Positions 18,458-28,624 of a stretch of 64,000 nt of DNA are shown here, piece after piece. The notes under the pieces are model-generated. The model was not told the DNA's origin. It saw nothing but the letters and a program-made list of their open reading frames with translations, and searched no databases. The position numbers and the translations under genes were made by a program. The DNA is taken from contig CAIYNF010000114.1 of the NCBI GenBank assembly GCA_903927505.1, positions 1,152 to 65,151 on the forward strand. Direction: 5' to 3'. This DNA is from an uncultured Bacteroidota bacterium (GTDB taxonomy: Bacteria; Bacteroidota; Bacteroidia; UKL13-3). Each line of letters begins with the position of its first letter. Positions within the stretch are counted from its first letter, which is position 1.

Positions 18458-19353
18458 GGTTTTAATTTAAGGCAATTGTAAAACACTAAACTATCCAATT
18501 CATTGGGTTTTTGAAGCAATAAATATTTTCCATCTTCACTAATGCTCATGCGGTTTACATTTCCTTCAAATTTATTTTGATAAATTTTAGTACCTAAAGA
18601 ATCGCAAATAAAAAGCACTGAATTTCCTTCAATGGCAGGGCTTAAAGCCAATATTGCAATTTGTTTATAGTGAGGAATGGGAGCTATATAAATTTGAGAA
18701 ATACTGCTTATGGGTATTTGATGAAAATAAGAAAAGCCATTGGCGTTATTTACAAATTGAATGCGATTTCCTTCAATATTTGTGACTGCCAAAGAATCAA
18801 ATAATTGGGAAGGTGCAGCAGAAAAATAATTCTTACCAGCTTTGTAATTTAGCTCACCTATTCCATTTACATTTATCTCAACCTGAGCTACCTGCTTGCT
18901 TTTTAGAGGCTCCATTATTATTTTGGCAATGCTTAAGTAAGGCCAAAAAAATAAGTAATAAATCATGCAAGGCAAGAGAATGAGCAAGCTTAAATTCATG
19001 GCTTTGAAAACATTTTCCTTAAAAAGTTTTTGGCCAATAAAATAAAGCAAAAAGGCTATAAAGGCTCCCAACAAGGCAATAGTTAAAGAAAAAGGCAAGA
19101 ACCAAAGATAAGATTCGAATACAGGTATGCCGATATGAAAAAATGCGTTTAAGGCATGAAGAAAAACAAATGAAAATGCGGCAAGTGTATAAAAAATAAA
19201 TGCGAAAAACAATATGCTGTAGGCCTTAACAGTGGCAGTTTTCTTAAACTTTTCTTTCACATAGAAAAAAAAGAAAACTACACTTAAGAAAGCAAATGTG
19301 AGGCCTATAAAACTCAATTCATTTAATACCGGCCAGAGTAGTAAACTATTCAT
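18454..19353 (-). CDS. Hypothetical membrane protein (about 5 TM helices plus a ~150-aa C-terminal domain)
   Basis: 299 aa. Hydrophobic N-terminal half. No family recognised. Only 1 nt separates it from the upstream M23 gene. Confidence 0.45.
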   Translation of the reverse strand: MNSLLLWPVLNELSFIGLTFAFLSVVFFFFYVKEKFKKTATVKAYSILFFAFIFYTLAAFSFVFLHALNAFFHIGIPVFESYLWFLPFSLTIALLGAFIAFLLYFIGQKLFKENVFKAMNLSLLILLPCMIYYLFFWPYLSIAKIIMEPLKSKQVAQVEINVNGIGELNYKAGKNYFSAAPSQLFDSLAVTNIEGNRIQFVNNANGFSYFHQIPISSISQIYIAPIPHYKQIAILALSPAIEGNSVLFICDSLGTKIYQNKFEGNVNRMSISEDGKYLLLQKPNELDSLVFYNCLKLKP

Positions 19354-19354
19354 G

Positions 19355-20407
19355 TTAATTTCTAAATTGATCGTTACGAATAAGCCAAGTATTTTCTAAT
19401 TTTTCCCAAGAAAAAACGCGTTTTCTTTCAAGCAATTTGAACCTAAAAGGCAGGCCCGAGCTTAATGAATCGTTAATAATACTTTTATCTTGTAGGTGCA
19501 TGTGCAGGTGGGGAAAGCTGCTATTGCCGCTGTTTCCGCTCAAAGCAATAAATTGACCTTCGCGTAGGGTATCGCCTAAATTTATTTGCAAACTACCTGC
19601 CTTTAAATGCGCTAAAAACAAATATTTATTTTCGGCCAATTTCATTTCAATATAATTCCCTGCAGGGTTAATGCTATCATCACCGGCATAAATTTTCTGT
19701 GTAGGAAAACCATCTGCTAATGCAAATACAATTCCATTACTTGGCGCAAAAACAGAATCGCCAAAGGAATTGAAATCACAGCTATCTTCACCATTGTTAT
19801 TAAAAAAGTAACCTGCCTCATTAAGTTTAACCATATCAATTGCGAAACGTTGCGGAGGATAATTGCTATGGTAGTTTACCCATTTTTCTTTTCCCGCATG
19901 CATGGCAAGCCAAGTTCCTTTAACAGGCAAATTAAGTATTACACATTCGCTAGTAGGAGGATAGTTATATGTTGTAGGAACAATAAATGCAGCAAGGATA
20001 AAAGAGAAACTACAAAAGATACTGATTAAGAAAAATACCATGCGTTTTACAAATCCATCCACCAATGCTTGTGAGGCTGTGAGCGATAATATCATTTCTT
20101 GAATGGTGATATATAACATCACAAAAATAAAAAACCAATAAGGTAATTTAGGGGCTATTGGTCGGAATTGCGCAACCGTAAAAAACCAAACAGGAATATC
20201 AGCTAAAAAGGCCAGTAGTCCAACAAAAAACAATAATTTAATAGCAATAACAAACCAACCTGATTTTGCAGGGTGAATCCAATGTCTGGAAGATTTTGTT
20301 TTTAATACGGAGAATAAACGCAGGAGTGCCACTACCAAAAAAATGAATGAGGCAATCCATAAACCTTGGGAATAGGTGTTGCTAAACTGAGCTAAATTTT
20401 TTTCCAT
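19355..20407 (-). CDS. Membrane-anchored M23 (LytM-type) metallopeptidase
   Basis: 350 aa. About 5 N-terminal TM helices. C-terminal GNYIEMKL..LFLAHLKAGSLQINLGDTLREGQFIALSGNSGNSSFPHLHMHLQD carries the HxH motif. Confidence 0.75.
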   Translation of the reverse strand: MEKNLAQFSNTYSQGLWIASFIFLVVALLRLFSVLKTKSSRHWIHPAKSGWFVIAIKLLFFVGLLAFLADIPVWFFTVAQFRPIAPKLPYWFFIFVMLYITIQEMILSLTASQALVDGFVKRMVFFLISIFCSFSFILAAFIVPTTYNYPPTSECVILNLPVKGTWLAMHAGKEKWVNYHSNYPPQRFAIDMVKLNEAGYFFNNNGEDSCDFNSFGDSVFAPSNGIVFALADGFPTQKIYAGDDSINPAGNYIEMKLAENKYLFLAHLKAGSLQINLGDTLREGQFIALSGNSGNSSFPHLHMHLQDKSIINDSLSSGLPFRFKLLERKRVFSWEKLENTWLIRNDQFRN

Positions 20408-20414
20408 ATACTAA

Positions 20415-21647
20415 TTATTCGAAGCGCAGTGCTTCAATAGGATCTAATTTACTTGCCTTGATGGCAGGGTAAAGACCACTTGCAAGTCCAACAATAACAC
20501 AAAGTGTTATTCCACTTAACATCCAAAGCCAAGGAATAATAAAACCTACTCCAACTAAACTTGTGACAATATTACCAATAATAATTCCGAAAATAATTCC
20601 GCCAATACCACCAATTTGGCAGATCACAACAGCTTCAAATAAGAATTGCTGACGGATCATTTTTTGAGTTGCGCCAATTGCTTTTCTGATACCAATTTCT
20701 CGTGTTCGTTCCGAAACAGAAACCAACATGATATTCATTAAACCTATAGCAGCACCTAGGAGTGTAATAAAACCAATAACTGTGGCGGCAATGGTAACAT
20801 AGCTTAAATTACTAATCAATTCTTTGGCCACATTGTCTGCTTTCATGATACTGAAATTTTCTTCACCACGAACAGGTATTTTTCTAATTTTTCTAAATAA
20901 ACTTGTGGCTTCCTCTACAGCAAAATCAATAGTTGAAACGTCTTTTACAGCTACAGTTATTACACTGCTCATATTGGGCATAGAAAATGTTTGATAGGCA
21001 TTTTGGATTGGCACAATTACTAAACGATCTCCACCAAAGCCCATGCTCGACCCCTTTGATTTAAGATAGGCAATTACTCTAAATTTTGCCCCACCTATAA
21101 AAACACTTTCGCCCAATGGATTGGTGTTTGGGAATAGTTTATTTTTTATTTCAGTTCCTAAAATAACCACATTGGAGGCGGAGACAACTTCCTTCTCAGA
21201 GAAATTCCGACCTTGTTCAATATCGTATGCAGCCACATTTAAATAATTCACATCTCCCCCCATTACCATAATATTGGGATCTGTTTTGGCACTTTGGTAC
21301 TTTACGGTACTAGCAAAACTGGCATTTACAGATAAGGATGTTGTGGAAGGAAATTTAAATTCTGCTACAAACTTATCTGCTTCAGATTTAGAGATTGCTT
21401 TAAACTTTTTACTTCCCCTACCGCCACCAGAAAAGCGAATGCCTTGTCCCCTATTTTTAATATTAAAGGTATTGGCTCCCATACTGGAAAATGAGGTATT
21501 GATACCAGCCTTAATACCATCAATGGCAGTAAGAATACCAACCAAGGCCATAATTCCAATTGAAATAATTAGGGCTGTAATGGTGGCTCTCAATCTATTT
21601 CCATTGATAGAATTTAAAGCAATTTTTATATTTTCGTTAAATGTCAT
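20415..21647 (-). CDS. ABC transporter permease, MacB/FtsX type
   Basis: 410 aa. TM1, a ~240-aa extracytoplasmic domain, then three TM helices. The C-terminus ..YPAIKASKLDPIEALRFE is the family signature. No ATPase gene is adjacent. Confidence 0.8.
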   Translation of the reverse strand: MTFNENIKIALNSINGNRLRATITALIISIGIMALVGILTAIDGIKAGINTSFSSMGANTFNIKNRGQGIRFSGGGRGSKKFKAISKSEADKFVAEFKFPSTTSLSVNASFASTVKYQSAKTDPNIMVMGGDVNYLNVAAYDIEQGRNFSEKEVVSASNVVILGTEIKNKLFPNTNPLGESVFIGGAKFRVIAYLKSKGSSMGFGGDRLVIVPIQNAYQTFSMPNMSSVITVAVKDVSTIDFAVEEATSLFRKIRKIPVRGEENFSIMKADNVAKELISNLSYVTIAATVIGFITLLGAAIGLMNIMLVSVSERTREIGIRKAIGATQKMIRQQFLFEAVVICQIGGIGGIIFGIIIGNIVTSLVGVGFIIPWLWMLSGITLCVIVGLASGLYPAIKASKLDPIEALRFE

Positions 21648-21943
21648 ACGGCCTTTGCCTTCTCAACAAACTTAAAACCTTTTCTTCCATTTTGTTCCTG
21701 GAAATCTATGAGCATGCCCGCAAAAAAGAAAATCTGACCGGCATTATAAATTACTTCAATTCCATCCACTTCCAAAGACCTGTCTTTTTCTGTTTTTGCA
21801 TCGAAGCCTATTAACAAACCTTTGTCTTGCGAATTTTTCTGACGGATTCCAACGCGTAAAAAATAATCTTCAGGAATTTGAAGGGTTTGTTGGTAATGTG
21901 CAATGGCCTCTTTGGCGGCTGTTGTAAACTCAATCATTTGCAT
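21644..21943 (-). CDS. HesB/IscA-like domain protein with no cysteines
   Basis: 99 aa. The pattern ..LRVGI..GLLIGFD..EVDGIEVIY..AGMLIDF..KGFKF parallels the IscA fold, but the sequence contains no Cys. Overlaps the permease start by 4 nt. Confidence 0.45.
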   Translation of the reverse strand: MQMIEFTTAAKEAIAHYQQTLQIPEDYFLRVGIRQKNSQDKGLLIGFDAKTEKDRSLEVDGIEVIYNAGQIFFFAGMLIDFQEQNGRKGFKFVEKAKAV

Positions 21944-22073
21944 AGGGCTGCAAGTTAATCAATAGGATTGGAATTGCCTATTTCCCAAAAGGATTGATTT
22001 ACATTTGAGGCTTCGAAAAAATAAAATTGGGAGAATACTTGGGCGAATCCTTATTTTTCAAGAAAAATTACAC

Positions 22074-23123
22074 ATGCTAGATTTCTCCTTACTAACACTT
22101 AGTGCTGTTTCTGTTCACCAAATTGGCAATAAAACCAATGGCGAACCTATTATTATTTCTAAAGAAACCGTATCAAACAAGGATGAAAAATTAGAAGAAT
22201 TATTGCTGCAATATTTCCTAAAACCCTTTCACCAGCCGGAGTATTTTCATTTAAGTTTTAGCAACGACGACCATGAATTAAACCCGGTTTATCATTATGC
22301 CAAACAGTGTTTTGAGCAGGAAGGAAGTTTCCATATTCAGAGTATCCATTTGGCAAAACATTTATATGAAACAGCTTTACATCCCAATATCAAATCTGGA
22401 GACTTTTATGTGGCACAATTTAAAGATTTGCAATATGAAGGTAATTTGGTTCAAGCTATTGGTATATTTAAGGCCGAAACCAAGGACCATTTTATTAAAA
22501 TGCAAAGAGCAGGCACTGGTTTTAGTGTTAATTATGATTTAGGAACACCCATAGACAAACTGGATAAAGGTTGTTTGATTATAAATATTGACAGTGATAA
22601 AGGCTTTAAAGTATGCGCTGTAGACCGGGTAAACAAAAGTGCTGAGGCACTGTATTGGAGAGATCAATTCTTGAAAATAAAACCATGCAGTGATAATTTT
22701 CATTTTACAGAAAACTTTTTAACTGTTACAAAAGACTTTGTTACCAAGCAATTAAAGGAAGAATTTGAGGTAAGTAAGGCAGAACAAATAGATCTACTCA
22801 ACCGGTCGGTAGCCTATTTTAAAGACAATGAACGCTTTGATCAACAAGATTTTTCTAAAACAGTATTTGGCGATCATGAAGGTTTGATTACATCATTTAA
22901 GGATTACCAAAAACAAGTTGAAACAGAATTAGACATTGAAATAAGGGATGGATTTGACATTTCTGACCAAGCAGTGAAGAAGCAAGCACGGGTATTTAAA
23001 AGCGTATTAAAACTAGACAAGAATTTCCATATATATATACACGGAAATAAAAATTTAATTGAGAAAGGTACAGAATCCGACGGCAGAAAATTCTATAAAA
23101 TTTACTATACAGAAGAAAATTAA
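22074..23123 (+). CDS. Nucleoid-associated protein (NdpA/YejK, NA37-like)
   Basis: The start MLDFSLLTLSAVSVHQIGNK resembles Bacteroidota NA37-family proteins. ATG at 22074 is preferred over the TTG at 22005. Confidence 0.55.
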   Translation: MLDFSLLTLSAVSVHQIGNKTNGEPIIISKETVSNKDEKLEELLLQYFLKPFHQPEYFHLSFSNDDHELNPVYHYAKQCFEQEGSFHIQSIHLAKHLYETALHPNIKSGDFYVAQFKDLQYEGNLVQAIGIFKAETKDHFIKMQRAGTGFSVNYDLGTPIDKLDKGCLIINIDSDKGFKVCAVDRVNKSAEALYWRDQFLKIKPCSDNFHFTENFLTVTKDFVTKQLKEEFEVSKAEQIDLLNRSVAYFKDNERFDQQDFSKTVFGDHEGLITSFKDYQKQVETELDIEIRDGFDISDQAVKKQARVFKSVLKLDKNFHIYIHGNKNLIEKGTESDGRKFYKIYYTEEN

Positions 23124-23129
23124 TTCCAT

Positions 23130-23822
23130 TTGAATTACCGTAATCGAATTATTTATTTAGTTGTAAAAAAACTAAAAATTAGTCATGCCGAAACCAAAAA
23201 AGCATTGGCTAATGGCGAGATTTATTTGGATAAAAATAAAGTATTTGAAAACGCATTAGTTGGACCTTACCAAGAACTAAGCTTCAAAAATAGCTACATA
23301 CAAAATCCTGAGGATTATAAATATTTTGCCTACCATAAGCCCAAAGGAATTGAATGCACCTTAAATGAAGGCATTACAGATTCTTTAAATGGTAAAATCC
23401 CAACTGGTTTATTCTATGTTGGCAGATTAGACAAGGCTTCAGAAGGATTATTACTAGTAACAAATGATGGCCATTTGTATAATAAAATCATACAGCCTGA
23501 AAGAAAAATTAGAAAGGTTTATGAAGTTTGCCTAGAAAAAGAGATGCAAGAAAACTTCTTAATTAAAATGGCATCAGGCGTTGAAATTTTGGGAAAGAAA
23601 ACTTTGCCATGTATAGTTCAGGCAATTGACAATTATAACTTTACAATTATACTAGAGCAAGGTATGAACCGACAAATTAGGAGAATGTGTTTTGCCTTGG
23701 GGAATTATGTTGTTAAACTTAAAAGAATACAAATAGGAGAAATTGAATTAGGCCTTTTAAATGCTGATGAATTAAGACCATTAATTGATGCGGAAATTAG
23801 CTATCTGAGAAATTTATCCTAA
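23130..23822 (+). CDS. Pseudouridine synthase, RsuA/RluB/E/F family
   Basis: 230 aa. Catalytic motif VGRLDKASEGLLLVTNDG, and ..GMNRQIRRM.. near the C-terminus. Confidence 0.8.
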   Translation: MNYRNRIIYLVVKKLKISHAETKKALANGEIYLDKNKVFENALVGPYQELSFKNSYIQNPEDYKYFAYHKPKGIECTLNEGITDSLNGKIPTGLFYVGRLDKASEGLLLVTNDGHLYNKIIQPERKIRKVYEVCLEKEMQENFLIKMASGVEILGKKTLPCIVQAIDNYNFTIILEQGMNRQIRRMCFALGNYVVKLKRIQIGEIELGLLNADELRPLIDAEISYLRNLS

Positions 23823-23865
23823 ATAAAATAATTAATAGTATGTTTGATTGTCAATTAGCTAAAAT

Positions 23866-24420
23866 ATGTTAAAAAAGGTTTTAATAATAACTGGTGTTAT
23901 AGTAATTGGTTTGCTTTTGTTTTTCAATTGGTTCAAAAAGGATACAAAGAAACATAGTCCTGCGGCAAGTGTAGAATTTAACGACAAGGATTTACAAATT
24001 AAAGTAAATTATTGCAGGCCCTACGCTAAAGGTCGTATTATATTTGGTGAAGAAGAAGCCGGGGCATTGCAACCATTTGGCAAATATTGGCGCTTGGGTG
24101 CGAATGAAGCAACAACAATTGAAACAAATCAATCAATATTTTTTAACGACAAAGAATTGCCAGCTGGAAAATATGCCATGTATGCCTATCCGGGTCATGA
24201 TAAATGGACCGTTTGCATTAACAAAGAATGGGATAGATGGGGTGCGCAGGAGGCAGATATTGAAACGGATGTATTAAGAACAGAGGTAGCTACAAACAAT
24301 GAGGTAGAATTTTTAGATCAATTTGAAATTAGCTTTGAAAAGATAGATACAATTGGCAATTTCAATTTAGTTTTCCATTGGGACAAAACAATGGTTAAGG
24401 TTCCAATATCCAGAAAATAA
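23866..24420 (+). CDS. DUF2911-like protein
   Basis: 184 aa. N-terminal TM/signal, and ..YCRPYAKGR.IFG....PFGKYWRLGANEATT.. as I recall for DUF2911. Confidence 0.5.
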   Translation: MLKKVLIITGVIVIGLLLFFNWFKKDTKKHSPAASVEFNDKDLQIKVNYCRPYAKGRIIFGEEEAGALQPFGKYWRLGANEATTIETNQSIFFNDKELPAGKYAMYAYPGHDKWTVCINKEWDRWGAQEADIETDVLRTEVATNNEVEFLDQFEISFEKIDTIGNFNLVFHWDKTMVKVPISRK

Positions 24421-24425
24421 AAATT

Positions 24426-25166
24426 CTATTTATAAATTCTATGGGTGGCAATACCCCATTTTTTTAATCGGTAAAAGATACTGGTTCTAAGTACGCCTAA
24501 ACCATAAATACTGCTCCTTTTAAAGTTTATTGATGAGGCTTCCTCAAAATATTTGGTTGGACAAGTCACTTCTGCAATTTCATAGCCTTTCATGAAAATT
24601 TGCGCACAAATTTCATTGTCGAACACAAAATCATCACTGCATAAATGGAATGGCACATCCTTTAAAACCTTTGCACTAAAAGACCTATAGCCTGTATGGT
24701 ATTCAGATAATTTTTGTCCCATTAAGATATTTTGAAACAAGGTTAGCATGCGGTTGAAAATGTATTTATACATTGGCATACCACCATGCAGGGCACCTTT
24801 CCCAAGAATACGTGAACCAAATACAACTGGATAAACATCAAAAGCAATGATACTGCTCATGGCCATGATTAATTTGGGCGTGTATTGGTAATCTGGGTGC
24901 AGCATAATTACGATGTCTGCATTGAGCTCCAAGGCCTTTTGGTAACAAGTTTTCTGGTTACCGCCATATCCTTTGTTTTTTTCGTGTTTAATCACATGCT
25001 TGATGCCAATTTTACGACCTAATACTGAGGTATCGTCTTTACTTGCATCATCCACAAGGATTACCTCATCCACAATATCAAATGGGATTTCTTGATAGGT
25101 TTTCTCAAGGGTTCTAGCGGCATTGTAGGCTGGCAGAACTACTACTATTTTTTTTCCGTTTAGCAT
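24426..25166 (-). CDS. Family 2 glycosyltransferase (polyprenol-phosphate sugar transferase-like)
   Basis: From the ATG at complement(25164..25166): MLNGKKIVVVLPAYNAARTLEKTY..VDDASKDDT..DYQY. The 53-codon upstream extension in the ORF track overlaps the neighbouring gene and looks spurious. Confidence 0.75.
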   Translation of the reverse strand: MLNGKKIVVVLPAYNAARTLEKTYQEIPFDIVDEVILVDDASKDDTSVLGRKIGIKHVIKHEKNKGYGGNQKTCYQKALELNADIVIMLHPDYQYTPKLIMAMSSIIAFDVYPVVFGSRILGKGALHGGMPMYKYIFNRMLTLFQNILMGQKLSEYHTGYRSFSAKVLKDVPFHLCSDDFVFDNEICAQIFMKGYEIAEVTCPTKYFEEASSINFKRSSIYGLGVLRTSIFYRLKKWGIATHRIYK

Positions 25167-25185
25167 AAATCTGGTGCAAATTAAA

Positions 25186-26517
25186 CTAAATAAAAAACAG
25201 CAAACAAACGAGAACCAATACTGGCAATAGAATTGGCAAACTATAACGCCAAATATATTTTCCAAAATTTGGCATTTTAACACCCGTTTGCTCTGCAATT
25301 GCCTTAACCATAAAATTGGGGCCATTGCCTATATAAGTCATAGCGCCAAAAAACACAGCTCCCACCGACAAGGCACGCAAGAGCAACACACCATCCGTTT
25401 GCATAAATTGATGCACATCAGCAATAGAATTTAGGCTAAGATTTTTACTAGATAAAATAAGTGCCATCACATTTAAATAGGTAGGCGCATTATCTAATAC
25501 GCTGCTAAAAATACCACTGCTCCAATAAATTAGACCAGGGCTCAATACCAATGAATTTCCTTGGGCCACTGCAAATGATTCCAATGATTGTAAAGCGGGC
25601 ATCATGCAAAGAAAAATACCAATAAAAAGGAAGGCAACTTCTTTGATGGCATCAAAATCAAAATTATTTCCTTGAAGTGCTTTCTTATTGGCAAAACGAA
25701 AGCAGATGAAAGAAGCGCTCAGTTGAATTAGTTCCCTTAAAAAAGAAATTTTCTTTCCATGAAAGGCAATATAGGGTAAGGTTTCAAAAATATTTGGATC
25801 GAGGAAAACTGTAGCTACACCAAGGAAGAGCCATATAAAATTACGCTTTCCACTGATTATAATTTTATTGGTATAATGTGCACTTACATCCACTTCATCT
25901 AAACTGGTATTTCGTTTTTCGAAAAAATAAAAGATAAGCAAAAGGCAGCTGATAGCAACTAACCAAGGCGCCCAAAGCTGTGCTATTGTCCAAGTAAAAG
26001 GCACACCCTTTAAAAAGCCCATAAACAATGGAGGATCACCAATTGGTGTGAGTGAACCGCCCACATTTGAAATGATAAAAATAAAGAAAATGATATGATA
26101 AGGCTTTAGGCGGTAGCGATTAATACGCATAAATGGCCTAATAAATAAAACAGAGGCGCCTGTTGTGCCAATTACATTAGTTAAAATGGCCGCTAAAAAC
26201 AAAAATAGGATATTTACCCAAGCCTTTGATTCAACATCAACAAAAAGGAAAATACCGCCACTGGCAATGTATAAAATAGTCAGTAGGCTTATAAAAGAAG
26301 CGTACTCGGCTAAAGTTTCCAAAGGCAAGGCAGAATTTCCAAGAACAAAAACATAATACAAGGCAACAAAGCTTCCTAAACTTATGCTTACATGTTTGTA
26401 ATAATGGTGCCAAAACTCAGGAAATAAAACTGGTCCTGTGGCAATTAACAAAAGTAAAGCAACAAAAGGACTTACAATCCAGAGCGGGGGTGTTTGAAAG
26501 AATATTTCCAATATCAT
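25186..26517 (-). CDS. Ion transporter of the ArsB/NhaD (citrate transporter-like) superfamily, probable sodium:proton antiporter
   Basis: About 444 aa from MILEIFFQTPPLW. Polytopic, and ..GDPPLFMGFLKGVPFTWT.. is typical. The longer ORF in the track would overlap lepA. Confidence 0.6.
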   Translation of the reverse strand: MILEIFFQTPPLWIVSPFVALLLLIATGPVLFPEFWHHYYKHVSISLGSFVALYYVFVLGNSALPLETLAEYASFISLLTILYIASGGIFLFVDVESKAWVNILFLFLAAILTNVIGTTGASVLFIRPFMRINRYRLKPYHIIFFIFIISNVGGSLTPIGDPPLFMGFLKGVPFTWTIAQLWAPWLVAISCLLLIFYFFEKRNTSLDEVDVSAHYTNKIIISGKRNFIWLFLGVATVFLDPNIFETLPYIAFHGKKISFLRELIQLSASFICFRFANKKALQGNNFDFDAIKEVAFLFIGIFLCMMPALQSLESFAVAQGNSLVLSPGLIYWSSGIFSSVLDNAPTYLNVMALILSSKNLSLNSIADVHQFMQTDGVLLLRALSVGAVFFGAMTYIGNGPNFMVKAIAEQTGVKMPNFGKYIWRYSLPILLPVLVLVCLLFFI

Positions 26518-26719
26518 AAGGCGAAAATAAGAAAAAATACCACAGCAAGGATTTAACCGGTAAAACAGCAAGAATAACAATAATTCTTTGGTGAAAAATT
26601 TATAGGCAGATCCAGTTAAACTTCTCAAGTAGCCGTAAAACCTTACCCATCCTAGAAATTTGGGTCGACCCAATAAAAACTTACAAAAAATAAGCTGAAT
26701 TTTAAGTACTTTCGCGCCA

Positions 26720-28507
26720 ATGGACCATATTAGAAATTTTTGTATCATAGCCCATATCGATCACGGTAAAAGCACACTAGCTGACAGGTTATTAGAATAT
26801 ACCAATACAACATCAGTGAGGGAAATGCAGGCCCAATTGCTAGACAACATGGATTTAGAGCGCGAGCGCGGGATTACCATTAAAAGCCATGCCATTCAAA
26901 TGGACTATGAGTTAGACGGGAAAAAGTATAAACTCAACCTCATTGATACACCAGGACATGTGGACTTTAGTTATGAGGTTTCTCGTTCTATTGCTGCTTG
27001 TGATGGCGCATTATTGATTGTAGATTCTAGTCAGGGAATTCAAGCCCAAACCATTTCTAATTTATATTTAGCAATTGAACAAGGCTTAGAGATCATTCCC
27101 ATATTAAATAAAATTGACCTACCCCACTCTATGCCTGAGGAGGTAAGTGACCAAATAATAGATTTGATTGGATGTGATTATGAAGATATTTTAAGGGCGA
27201 GTGGGAAAACCGGCGCAGGCGTGCACGATATATTAAAAGCAATTGTAAAGCGCGTTCCGCCGCCAGTTGGAGATATTAATGCACCCTTAAAAGCCTTAAT
27301 TTTTGATTCAGTATTTAATTCTTTTAGAGGCATTATTGCCTATTTCAGGGTAATTGATGGTGTAATTAAAAAGGGCGATAAGGTGAAGTTCATGTCAAAT
27401 AACAGTGAATATTTGGCAGATGAAGTTGGCATTTTGGGCTTGAACCCAGAGCCCCGTGCACAAATTTCGGCTGGTGATGTTGGGTATATTATTTCGGGAA
27501 TTAAAGAAGCCAGAGAAGTAAAAGTGGGTGATACCATTACCCATGTTGAAAGGCCAACAACAGACTCAATTAAAGGATTTGAAGAAGTAAAACCAATGGT
27601 CTTTGCCGGTATTTATCCTGTTGATACGGAAGATTTTGAAGAATTGCGTGAGAGCATGTACAAATTACAACTCAATGATGCGTCATTAACTTTTGAGCCA
27701 GAATCATCTGCCGCATTGGGTTTTGGTTTCCGCTGTGGGTTTTTAGGCATGTTGCACATGGAAATTATCCAAGAACGTTTGGAGCGCGAGTTTAAGATGA
27801 CTGTAATTACAACCGTACCCAATGTAAGTTACCATTGTTACGATAAAAAAGGCGTAATGAATGTGGTGAACAACCCAAGTGATTTGCCAGATGCCAATTA
27901 TATTGACCATGTGGAGGAGCCTTTTATAAAAGCTCAAATAATTACGCATGTAGATTATGTTGGTCCTATAATGGGCTTGTGTCTAGGCAAACGTGGCATA
28001 TTAAAAGAGCAAAAATATTTAACCACAACCCGCGTAGAGATGGTGTTTGATATGCCATTGGCAGAGGTTGTATTTGACTTTTTCGACAAACTAAAAACCA
28101 TTTCAAAAGGGTATGCTTCTTTTGATTACCATCCAATTGGGTATGTTGAATCTGATTTAGTAAAGCTTGATATTCTTTTAAACAAAGACAATATTGATGC
28201 TTTATCTGCCATTATTCATAGAGATAGAGCTTATGATTTTGGAAAAAGAATTTGCGAGAAATTGAGAGAATTGATTCCAAGACACCAATTTGAAATTCCG
28301 ATTCAGGCAAGTATTGGCGCAAAAGTAATTGCCCGTGAAACCTTGAAAGCATTAAGAAAAGATGTTACAGCCAAGTGTTATGGTGGTGATATTTCCCGTA
28401 AGAGAAAATTACTTGAGAAGCAAAAAGAAGGTAAAAAACGTATGCGCCAAGTAGGTTCGGTAGAAATCCCACAATCTGCATTTATGGCTGTACTTAAATT
28501 GGACTAA
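26720..28507 (+). CDS. lepA: Translation elongation factor 4 (LepA)
   Basis: 595 aa. [34 protein letters not shown], and a C-terminal LepA domain ending ..[13 protein letters not shown]. Confidence 0.97.
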   Translation: MDHIRNFCIIAHIDHGKSTLADRLLEYTNTTSVREMQAQLLDNMDLERERGITIKSHAIQMDYELDGKKYKLNLIDTPGHVDFSYEVSRSIAACDGALLIVDSSQGIQAQTISNLYLAIEQGLEIIPILNKIDLPHSMPEEVSDQIIDLIGCDYEDILRASGKTGAGVHDILKAIVKRVPPPVGDINAPLKALIFDSVFNSFRGIIAYFRVIDGVIKKGDKVKFMSNNSEYLADEVGILGLNPEPRAQISAGDVGYIISGIKEAREVKVGDTITHVERPTTDSIKGFEEVKPMVFAGIYPVDTEDFEELRESMYKLQLNDASLTFEPESSAALGFGFRCGFLGMLHMEIIQERLEREFKMTVITTVPNVSYHCYDKKGVMNVVNNPSDLPDANYIDHVEEPFIKAQIITHVDYVGPIMGLCLGKRGILKEQKYLTTTRVEMVFDMPLAEVVFDFFDKLKTISKGYASFDYHPIGYVESDLVKLDILLNKDNIDALSAIIHRDRAYDFGKRICEKLRELIPRHQFEIPIQASIGAKVIARETLKALRKDVTAKCYGGDISRKRKLLEKQKEGKKRMRQVGSVEIPQSAFMAVLKLD

Positions 28508-28624
28508 TAATTAAAGACAATTATCATAGGTAATTAATCTAGCAATCCTTTATTTCGAACCAAATAGGACAATACAAACACCTCAAGCATCATTTGCAAC
28601 AATTTGAGGTTTAAACACACAACT

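Noticed and set aside
25167-25325. 53-codon N-terminal extension of the glycosyltransferase ORF.
   Set aside because: It overlaps the 3' end of the upstream transporter gene. The conserved GT2 N-terminus (MLNGKKIVVVLPAYN) starts at the internal ATG.
26518-26748. 77-codon N-terminal extension of the transporter ORF.
   Set aside because: It would overlap the lepA start. The composition looks non-coding (Cys/Phe/Leu-rich junk). The internal ATG precedes the first TM helix.
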